A stretch of 27,150 nt of DNA from Hormoscilla sp. (GTDB taxonomy: Bacteria; Cyanobacteriota; Cyanobacteriia; Cyanobacteriales; Desertifilaceae), in assembly GCA_051439505.1 (NCBI GenBank), contig JBFRWI010000032.1:1-27150 (forward strand), read 5' to 3'. Of this stretch, positions 17,183 through 24,895 are shown one piece after another. Position numbers and translations under genes: made by a program. The notes under the pieces are model-generated. The model saw only the letters and a program-made list of their open reading frames with translations, was not told the DNA's origin and ran no database searches. The number at the start of each line of letters is the position of its first letter. Within the stretch, counting starts at the first letter, position 1.

Positions 17183-17553
17183 CAATGATACAGCAGTAGG
17201 TGGGCGGTGCCCACCCTACAGCTAATGTTTTTCAGCAGGTTCTGAGAACCGCGCCAATAGAAAAGTTTCTCCCAATGATACAGCAGTAAGCTGTCGTGCA
17301 TTTAAATTGCATAGGCAGTTCCACCGAGATCCTTGTTCTGAGGGACTTTCCCAATAAAGAATTAAAGAATTGCTGAATTTTTAATTTTGAATTGTTTAGG
17401 TGGGCGGTGCCCACCCTACAACTAATCTTTTTCAGCAGGTTCTGAGAACCGCGCCAAGAGAAAAGTTTCTCCCAATGATACAGCAGTAGGTGGGCGGTGC
17501 CCACCCTACGTAACTAATCTTCTTCAGCAGGTTTTGAGAACCGCGCCAAGAGA
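17183..17553 (-). repeat. Three tandem ~90-bp units, each made of the Rpn-like gene 3' end plus a GTAGGGTGGGCACCGCCCACC REP hairpin
   Basis: CAGCAGTA starts at 17191, 17281 and 17481, giving spacings of 90 and 90+110; the extra 110 bp is the inserted element plus one TA. Confidence 0.92.
17287..17398 (+). mobile_element. TA-flanked 108-bp non-autonomous element, copy 3, inserted in a REP hairpin
   Basis: CAGCAG-TA|AGCTGTCGTGCATTTAAATTGCAT...TTTTGAATTGTT|TA-GGTGGG. The two neighbouring units show the empty site CAGCAG-TA-GGTGGG. Confidence 0.92.
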
Positions 17554-18467
17554 TCCGATCGGGACAACTGAGGTAGTTGCATAATCAAGCGAATCGAATC
17601 TTCTGGTGGCAAAGCCAATATTTGCTCGGCGACAGATGCGAGTTCTGCATCTAACTCCCCAAAGCTAACTTGCAGCCCACTCTCGATCATAATGCGACGT
17701 CCCCGCTGTTCGCCTCGCTGAATGCCTTGCTGAATGCCTTGCTGAATGCCTTGCTGTTCGCCTTCTTGAAATTTCTTTTCCAGTTTTTTGTCCAACAGTG
17801 GTTCTAATTGCATAACCAAATTACTCTCCACTTCATCCAATTCACGCTCTGACAAATGCTCGTAAAAGTTTAACAGCAATTCGAGGGTCATCTCCCGGTT
17901 GGGGTGCTCTGGTGGCAATGCCTTGAGTTCTTCTATTGCCCGACTTTGCGTACTTCCATTACCCATGAGCCTCAACCAGAGTGTTTCTGAGTTCTCCGGC
18001 AACTGGTGAATCACAACAATAGCCGTTCTCAAGGTTTTCCCCAGGGAATAGACTCCAGACTCCCAACTTTTATCTAGTTTAGCATTTAATCCAGATAAAA
18101 GTGCTGTGGATGCTGTCGGCGTCAGTACCCATAATCTGGGAAAGTCTTCCCAAGCAACCTGACGGCGCGAGCGATTAGCTTCTCGCTGTTCCTGGTTGCA
18201 TACATATCGCAATTTTACCATGCAATCACAGATTTCGCCTGGGGTGGCCGGACTGTGAAACGGTTCAAAAATGGATCTGGTGGCCGCCATCCTGCCTAGG
18301 AATCCCAAGGTGGAGCGATGTGCTGATAAATCTGGGTTAGGAACAAACCAAACATCTATTTGCTTCACCTCTGAGGAAACTCTCTTGTCTATCTCTACTG
18401 AGCCGCATTTGTTCAGAAACCCATCCAGGCAATCCTTATAAAACTGGTCGTAAACAAATCTCGTCAT
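17514..18467 (-). CDS. Rpn-like PD-(D/E)XK nuclease family protein, tandem paralogue of 15954-16925
   Basis: MTRFVYDQFYK...QIDVWFVP...IFEPF...ETLWLRLMG...GIQQ repeats. Confidence 0.88.
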   Translation of the reverse strand: MTRFVYDQFYKDCLDGFLNKCGSVEIDKRVSSEVKQIDVWFVPNPDLSAHRSTLGFLGRMAATRSIFEPFHSPATPGEICDCMVKLRYVCNQEQREANRSRRQVAWEDFPRLWVLTPTASTALLSGLNAKLDKSWESGVYSLGKTLRTAIVVIHQLPENSETLWLRLMGNGSTQSRAIEELKALPPEHPNREMTLELLLNFYEHLSERELDEVESNLVMQLEPLLDKKLEKKFQEGEQQGIQQGIQQGIQRGEQRGRRIMIESGLQVSFGELDAELASVAEQILALPPEDSIRLIMQLPQLSRSDLLARFSKPAEED

Positions 18468-18540
18468 TTTTCTCCAACATTTTAATTTCTGGGCATCGCT
18501 TTGACTGGCGATCGCAAATCATCTTTCTTTACCTAGTTAT

Positions 18541-18571
18541 ATCATAACATATACTTCCCCATAGTTGTCAG
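18541..18571 (-). promoter_or_regulatory. Putative extended -10 promoter of the Rpn-like gene 17514-18467
   Basis: Minus strand CTGACA-N19-TATGAT with a TGn extension. Confidence 0.45.
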
Positions 18572-18936
18572 TTTTTTTGAACATTTTTTTGCTAAAATTT
18601 TCCATCGCCCCGAGCTACAGTTCCCCGATCGTCCCACGAGCGTGAGTTGAAGATTCTCCCTGTTTGCTGATTCACCAGCAGCACCATCAACCAGAGTTTT
18701 CCGAAAAACAGGGGAGAATAAGCGATCGGGCGATCGGAAACCAAAAAATATTCAGCCCGCCTTTCGACCCGGCCCCTGATGGCGATCGGCAGTTGTGGGA
18801 GGCCAGACCGGAGGAACAACCGGTATGCCTAAGTGATGAAAAAAAGATTGACAGAATTGAAGCGCGATATAGTAAGATATGATAATTAAGCAATCAAAGC
18901 CCCGGATGGGGACAAAGCTAACTTACTAGAGAAAGA

Positions 18937-20637
18937 GTGGTGCGAAATTATACATTGAGACACAAATGGGCGATCGTGCCAGCGATCGTAATGCTGGGCC
19001 TGGCAGATGGGGTAGGAACGGGGGCGATCGCCCAGGTGACGGATCGGGAACAGCAGCAGCCCCTACCGACAGAACCATTACCTCCACTGGATGATATTCT
19101 CGAAGATATTCCCACTCCCAGGCCAGACTTGCCACAGCTTCCGGCTTTTACTGGCACTATTCCCGTAAAAGGTTTTCAGGTAGTGGGAAGTACAGTGTTC
19201 AAAGCCGAAAATTTAAAAAAAGTATTGGAAGAATTTACTAACCAAAACCTGAGTTTTAATCAACTTCTGGCAGCGGAAGAGAAGATAGACCAACTATACC
19301 TGAAAGAAGGATATATTAATTCCGGTGCGGTCATCCCGGCCCAAGAGATCGCTGACGGCATCGTGACGATCCAGGTAATCGAAGGTAGCCTAGAAGATAT
19401 AGAAGTGAGAGTAATAAGCGGGCGAATAAACCCGAATTACGTGCGCAGTCGCCTAGCAAAGGCCAGCAAACCTCTGAACAGAGATCGTCTGCAAGAGGCC
19501 CTGCAACTGCTACAATTAGACCCGTCGATCGAAAACATAAATGCGGAATTATCAGTAGGTTCGCGTCGGGAACGCTGGATTTTATCAGTCAGGGTAACTG
19601 CTGCCCCGGCCTTTAAGCCACAAATATTTGCCGATAACGCCCGCAACCCCAGCGTGGGGAGTTTCCAGCGGGGGACGCAACTTAACTACCACCTGTTAGG
19701 ACTGGGAGACTCCATCGGGTTTAATTATACTAATACTGATGGTAGTAATGAATTTCAAGGCAGTTATAGCTTGCCGGTGAATCCTAGTGATGGCACAATT
19801 AGTTTCCGCTATCGGACCATCGACAGTGACATTATAGAACCGCCTTTTGATGACCTGGATCTGAAATCAAACTCTCGCACCTATGAATTAACCTACCGAC
19901 AACCGATCGTGCGCAATGCGACTACCAACTTTACAGAAGAACTGGCCCTGGGGTTGACAGCTTCTCGCCAAGAAAGCGATACTACCTTATTGGGCGAGAA
20001 ATTTCCCCTTTCCCCCGGGGCCGATGATGACGGTGCCACCCGGATCTCCGCCCTGCGGTTTTTCCAAGAATGGAGTAAGCGCGATCGCCGCCAAGTCATT
20101 GCCGCCCGATCGCAGTTCAGTTTGGGAGTGGGGGCGTTCGATGCTACAATTAACGAGGTCGAACCAGACAGTCGGTTTTTCGTCTGGCGGGGACAAGTGC
20201 AATATCTGCGCCAACTGGGCCGAGATACGACCTTGCTGCTGCGATCGGACGTGCAACTTTCCACCACCAGTTTACTGTCCCTAGAACAATTTGGTTTAGG
20301 GGGGATCCAAAGTGTGCGTGGTTATCGCCAGGACGCCCTGCTGGCAGATAATGGCTTCTTTGCTTCTGCTGAACTGCGACTGCCCATTTTGCGCTGGCGT
20401 CAAGCTGATGCGGTATTGTCTTTTACTCCTTTTGTAGATTTCGGTGCAGTGGGGAATAAAGACCGCGATAACCCCGATGATAATACCCTGGTATCAGTGG
20501 GCTTTGGTCTACTATGGCAAATGGGCGATCGCCTGCGGGCCCGGGTTGACTGGGGCATTCCTTTAGTAGATATTGATAGGAGGTATAGAACATGGCAAGA
20601 AAACGGCGTCTATTTTTCCATCGAATTCAATCCTTAA
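18937..20637 (+). CDS. ShlB/FhaC/HecB-family TpsB outer-membrane transporter
   Basis: Signal peptide, POTRA region (IDQLYLKEGYINSGAVIPAQEIADGIVTIQVIEG), VRGY motif (SVRGYRQD) and a beta-barrel C-terminus (WQENGVYFSIEF). Confidence 0.95.
   Translation: MVRNYTLRHKWAIVPAIVMLGLADGVGTGAIAQVTDREQQQPLPTEPLPPLDDILEDIPTPRPDLPQLPAFTGTIPVKGFQVVGSTVFKAENLKKVLEEFTNQNLSFNQLLAAEEKIDQLYLKEGYINSGAVIPAQEIADGIVTIQVIEGSLEDIEVRVISGRINPNYVRSRLAKASKPLNRDRLQEALQLLQLDPSIENINAELSVGSRRERWILSVRVTAAPAFKPQIFADNARNPSVGSFQRGTQLNYHLLGLGDSIGFNYTNTDGSNEFQGSYSLPVNPSDGTISFRYRTIDSDIIEPPFDDLDLKSNSRTYELTYRQPIVRNATTNFTEELALGLTASRQESDTTLLGEKFPLSPGADDDGATRISALRFFQEWSKRDRRQVIAARSQFSLGVGAFDATINEVEPDSRFFVWRGQVQYLRQLGRDTTLLLRSDVQLSTTSLLSLEQFGLGGIQSVRGYRQDALLADNGFFASAELRLPILRWRQADAVLSFTPFVDFGAVGNKDRDNPDDNTLVSVGFGLLWQMGDRLRARVDWGIPLVDIDRRYRTWQENGVYFSIEFNP
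20578..20584 (+). promoter_or_regulatory. Shine-Dalgarno AGGAGGT for the CHAT gene, located inside tpsB
   Basis: AGGAGGT-ATAGAAC-ATG, with ATG at 20592. Confidence 0.7.
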
Positions 20638-23300
20638 ATAGGATATTATCTCCCCGGAGGCGATCGCGAATTTTCATCATCCTCGCCTTAGTGGGATTAA
20701 TTGCCAGCATCAGCATATCGATGTTCCAGCCAGCAGTAGCGAGACAGACAAACTACCGAGTATCTCAAAACGCAGAACCTGAAGAAAAATCTCGCAATGC
20801 CGGAGAATTTTATAGTGAGGGTAAGTACGATCGGGCCATAGAACTGTGGAAAGAAGCAGCCCAGATATATCGGGAACGGGAAGATCGATATGAAGAGATG
20901 GAGAGTTTGATAAATATAGCAACAGCCCAGTATTTTCTAGGGAACTATCCTCAATCATGCAACGGTTTATTGCAAGCATTTGGGGGCGAACAGTTCGAGC
21001 ATTTAGACTGCAAGGTATTAACTGAGAATACCATAACTCTGCAAGGAGAACTAGATGGGATAAAGTCAGAAGAGGACGAGGACTCAACCGTAGGGTTGCG
21101 GGAAAAGCTAGAAGCCCTCACCGCAGAACAAATAGAAGGTTTAACTCCCGAGAGCCAAAAGTTCCAAGAGGAGCTAAACTTGTTAATCAAGACCGTAAAA
21201 GCCGAACCAGACTCTCTCAATAAAGCCACGGGTTTGCGCAGGTTTGGGGACGTATTGAGGCAGTTAGGGAACTACCAGGTATCCCACAAAGTTTTAACCG
21301 AAAGCTTAGATGTAGCCAGGAGATTAAATTCGGTCCAAGAAGAAAGCGCTACCCTAATCAGTTTAGGCAATGTGGAGCAGGATTGGGGCAAAAGTTTTCA
21401 GGAACTGCAAGATCTGAAGAAAGCAGCAAGAGACCTCAAGCTTCTGCAAAAGGCAGGGAAATTAGAAGAAGCCCCATTAGGAAAAGCTTTGGCTCATTTG
21501 AAAGAGGCGAAAAAATATTATCAACAAGCTAGCCAGCGATCGGAGTCGGACACGACCAGGGTGCAAGCAGAAATTAACTATCTGAGTTTATTGATATACT
21601 CAAACCAAATTTTTCAAGCTGACATCAGCCAAAAGGTGACTGACTTAGAGAGGCAAATTAAAGGGATGCTAGTTAACCTACCGGTCAGTCGTGCAGCAAT
21701 ATATGCTCGGATCAACCTGGTGGAAACTCTCACAGAAAGCAGAGACCCCATTGCTAGTGACGTGCAGCTATTAAAGGACGCGGTCAAGGAAGCCCGCCAG
21801 TTGCAAGACCGACAAGCAGAAGCCTACGCTTTGGGGAGTTTGGGGAAATTCTACGAAGCAGCAGGGCAGTTAGCAGAAGCGCAAAAGCTGACAGCAGCAG
21901 CCCTGAAGCTGATTTCACCTTTTGAAAAGCCAGAGGTGGCCTATCTGTGGCATTGGCAGCAAGGACGCATTTTCAAGCAAGAGGGGCAGACAAAATTAGC
22001 TACAGACTATTACCGCCAAGCATATAATGACCTGCAAACCTTGCGCAAAGATCTGGCCAGCATTAATCCTAACGTGCAATTTTCTTTTCGGGATACCATC
22101 GAACCAGTCTATCGAAATTATGTCAGCTTACTGCTGCGATCGGATGACCCCAGTCAAGAGGATCTCAAAAAAGCCCAGGAAGTAATAGACTTTCTGCAAA
22201 TAGCAGAACTGGAGAACTTCTTTGGCGATCCATGTTTGCAAGTAAAAGCTCCTGTTGATATTAACGAGGTTATTGACAAGGAAGGTTCGGAGGCCGCAGT
22301 CATCTATCCGATCGTCTTAGCGGACCACTTAGAAATCATCCTCACCTTGCCCGGGCAAAACCTGGCTCGTCACAGAGTTGAGGTCAGTCGAGAAGAACTA
22401 GAAAGGACGATCGATGAACTACTCCGGCTAGTTTTAGATCGGAACACTACGGATATTTTTTCCCCAGCGGAACAACTCTATGATTGGTTAATCAGACCTA
22501 TAGACGCGGACCTGAAGCAAAGTGGAGTGCAAACCTTAGTCTTCGTGCTGGATGGGGAACTGCGGAGGATCCCGATGCCTTTGCTTTACGATCGGAAAAC
22601 CAACCAATATCTCTTGGAACAGGACTATAACATCGCCCTGACCTCAAGTTTGCAACTGCTAGACGCTCCCCAAAAATTGAGAAATATCAAGGTTTTAGCC
22701 GCAGGCATCAGCGAAGAAAAGAAAGTAGAAGGAAAGTCTTTTACCGCCCTGCCCTACGTAAAGGTAGAATTAGAGGAGAACATTAAACCTATAGTTTCCT
22801 CTGAAGTATTGCTCGACGATGAGTTTACCAAAGACCGCTTCCAAGCCCTTCTGTCAGCATCTAACTATAACATCGTTCACTTGGCAACTCACGGGGAGTT
22901 CAGTTCCGACCTGAAAGAGACCTTTATACTTATATGGGACGAACTGATAGACATCAACGAGTTGAATAGCTTCCTGCAACAGCAAAATCCAGATGGATCG
23001 GGTAAAATTGAGCTGTTAGTATTAAGTGCGTGCCAGACAGCAGAAGGGGACGATCGGGCGGTATTAGGATTAGCAGGAGTAGCAGTGAGGGGAGGCGCGG
23101 GCAGTACCCTAGGTACATTATGGAAAGCCAATGATAAAGCCACTGCCGAGCTGATGGGAGAATTTTACCGCAATTTAACTGCTGAGGGAACAGAAGTAAG
23201 TAAGGCATTGCGCGAGGCCCAACTAGCATTATTGAAGAAAGAAGAGTACCAACATCCCTATTACTGGGCCCCCTTCGTACTCGTAGGAAATTGGCTATAA
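20592..23300 (+). CDS. TPR + CHAT (caspase HetF-associated) domain protein with an N-terminal signal/TM segment
   Basis: IFIILALVGLIASISISMFQPAVA, TPR-like helices, intact catalytic motifs HLATHG and LSACQT, C-terminal HPYYWAPFVLVGNWL. Confidence 0.95.
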   Translation: MARKRRLFFHRIQSLNRILSPRRRSRIFIILALVGLIASISISMFQPAVARQTNYRVSQNAEPEEKSRNAGEFYSEGKYDRAIELWKEAAQIYREREDRYEEMESLINIATAQYFLGNYPQSCNGLLQAFGGEQFEHLDCKVLTENTITLQGELDGIKSEEDEDSTVGLREKLEALTAEQIEGLTPESQKFQEELNLLIKTVKAEPDSLNKATGLRRFGDVLRQLGNYQVSHKVLTESLDVARRLNSVQEESATLISLGNVEQDWGKSFQELQDLKKAARDLKLLQKAGKLEEAPLGKALAHLKEAKKYYQQASQRSESDTTRVQAEINYLSLLIYSNQIFQADISQKVTDLERQIKGMLVNLPVSRAAIYARINLVETLTESRDPIASDVQLLKDAVKEARQLQDRQAEAYALGSLGKFYEAAGQLAEAQKLTAAALKLISPFEKPEVAYLWHWQQGRIFKQEGQTKLATDYYRQAYNDLQTLRKDLASINPNVQFSFRDTIEPVYRNYVSLLLRSDDPSQEDLKKAQEVIDFLQIAELENFFGDPCLQVKAPVDINEVIDKEGSEAAVIYPIVLADHLEIILTLPGQNLARHRVEVSREELERTIDELLRLVLDRNTTDIFSPAEQLYDWLIRPIDADLKQSGVQTLVFVLDGELRRIPMPLLYDRKTNQYLLEQDYNIALTSSLQLLDAPQKLRNIKVLAAGISEEKKVEGKSFTALPYVKVELEENIKPIVSSEVLLDDEFTKDRFQALLSASNYNIVHLATHGEFSSDLKETFILIWDELIDINELNSFLQQQNPDGSGKIELLVLSACQTAEGDDRAVLGLAGVAVRGGAGSTLGTLWKANDKATAELMGEFYRNLTAEGTEVSKALREAQLALLKKEEYQHPYYWAPFVLVGNWL

Positions 23301-23318
23301 TTGCCAATTGCGAATGCC

Positions 23319-23347
23319 GTAGGTTGGGTTGACCCACGTTACCCAAC
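23319..23347 (+). repeat. GTAGGTTGGGTT-type REP hairpin between convergent genes
   Basis: GTAG-GTTGGGT-TGACCCACGTT-ACCCAAC. Confidence 0.7.
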
Positions 23348-23405
23348 ACGCTACGCTACCTACCAAGTGCATCAGGGTTGTGCAAGGGCGATCGCCCCAG
23401 AAGTT

Positions 23406-24833
23406 TCAAGAGGGCGATCGCCAATCTAACTTAGACCGCAATTCATCTTTAATCCGATTCAAAATGGAAGTTTCATCCAAGGAAGTGAGAATGCGGTTCA
23501 CAACTGCTTTGGGGCCTTCGGGACCCCAAGCGGCGCCATTAGCTAAATAAACTTTGGTCACCTGTCCGATGCCATAGGAGGAAACCCCCGCTACCCCCGC
23601 TTGGGCGATCGCCACTGACAGATAGGGAGCCAAAGATGCCCCACCCGTGGCCGGTGCAGCTATTCCCAATAATCCTTTCAGGCCGCTTAGTCCTAAATTA
23701 GCTAACAGTTCGCTGGCACTAATTCCTCCCATGGCCAAGGCAATCTTTTGCAGAAGATTGAGAGCGCCATTTTGGGTCATGTTAATACCATAAAGTTTCG
23801 ATAAAGTGAGAATCATGACAATGTCAATGGTGGCGGAACTGAGGATGTCGAGAACTGTGACCGGGTTGAGGGCGATCGCGAGTGCCTTGACCATCACTCC
23901 ATTCCAGATAATCCGATCGGCATTGGCCTCTCGAATAGTCATCTTTCGCTGCACCAACTGCTCCTGTACTTCATCAGCATAGAGCATGCTATTCAGGGCC
24001 ACCAGAGACTTACCCTCTCGGTCTAAAATCTCCAGAATTTTCAGCTTCAAATCATCTACCTGGGGTTGACCGCGAGTCAACTGCACCCCCATACTGCCAT
24101 CCGGGCGCGGCACCGCCTGGGCCACCAAGGGCGACGCCGCTGCCATCACAATTTCATCGGGGGATAGCAACTCCCGCACCCGTTCGTCCCGAATCTTGTG
24201 ATAAATTGCCATGCGATCGGCATCGGGATATTGGTCGATCTTATTAAACACCAGTACGATCGGTTTGCTGGCCGATCGCAATTGAGAGAGGGCCTCGTAC
24301 TCTATCTTGGTAATATCCCCCGCCACAATAAACAGAATCAGATCCGCCTGTTTCGCCACCCGACGTGCCAAGGCCGCCCGTTCCTCCCCCTTGACCTCAT
24401 CTATTCCGGGAGTATCGATCAACTGCACCTGAGATTGTCCTTGACTTTGTAGCGTGATGCGGACAATATCATCTCTGTCTCCTGGCATTGGATCTCGGTT
24501 AACCTGCCAATCTGCCCGGTGAATGGTGCGAGTGACACCGTGAGTGGGACCGGTTGTAAACAAACTTTCACCCAGCAGAGCATTCAGGACTGAAGATTTA
24601 CCCCGTCCCACCATGCCAAAGACCGCAATATACACGCAGCTGCGCTCTAACTTGTCGAGCATGGTTTCCAGACTTTCGATTTGCGACTCCAGTCCCGATC
24701 GCTCTCGCTGAGTCAAATCCACAGAGGCCACTAGAGAACGCAAAGCATCTTGGGCCTGAAAATAGTTCAGCTCTGCCTGCATTTGTGCAAAGCTAGAAAT
24801 GGTGCTGTCTAGTTCTCGATCGAGATCCGTCAT
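23406..24833 (-). CDS. Era-like GTP-binding protein with a C-terminal DUF697/YcjF-type region
   Basis: G1 GMVGRGKSS, G2 GVT, G3 DTPG, G4 NKID; hydrophobic C-terminal helices. Start ATG 24833 (MTDLD) is preferred; 24887 is possible. Confidence 0.9.
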   Translation of the reverse strand: MTDLDRELDSTISSFAQMQAELNYFQAQDALRSLVASVDLTQRERSGLESQIESLETMLDKLERSCVYIAVFGMVGRGKSSVLNALLGESLFTTGPTHGVTRTIHRADWQVNRDPMPGDRDDIVRITLQSQGQSQVQLIDTPGIDEVKGEERAALARRVAKQADLILFIVAGDITKIEYEALSQLRSASKPIVLVFNKIDQYPDADRMAIYHKIRDERVRELLSPDEIVMAAASPLVAQAVPRPDGSMGVQLTRGQPQVDDLKLKILEILDREGKSLVALNSMLYADEVQEQLVQRKMTIREANADRIIWNGVMVKALAIALNPVTVLDILSSATIDIVMILTLSKLYGINMTQNGALNLLQKIALAMGGISASELLANLGLSGLKGLLGIAAPATGGASLAPYLSVAIAQAGVAGVSSYGIGQVTKVYLANGAAWGPEGPKAVVNRILTSLDETSILNRIKDELRSKLDWRSPS

Positions 24834-24895
24834 GTGCTGGAGGGCGGTCCTTACCCAGAAGATATACCATCTCCATGCTAGCCGCAACGGCTGAT

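Noticed and set aside
17313..17325. Bridge-RNA-like guide: the variable block of copy 3 (GCAGT-T-CCACC) matches its own target flanks GCAGT and reverse-complemented GGTGG
   Set aside because: Copies 1 and 2 show no equivalent match to their own flanks, and two 5-nt matches can be chance. Worth retesting only with many copies.
17183..17553. CRISPR array, or DGR template/variable repeat pair
   Set aside because: The whole 90-bp unit repeats, so there are no spacers. Differences between the gene end and its copies are not adenine-specific (A/G, G/A, C/A, G/C), and no reverse transcriptase is present.
14939..18467. Calling the Rpn-like genes transposases that mobilise the mini-element
   Set aside because: They have no flanking TIRs or target duplications, and the element's ends do not bracket them; one copy actually disrupts such a gene.
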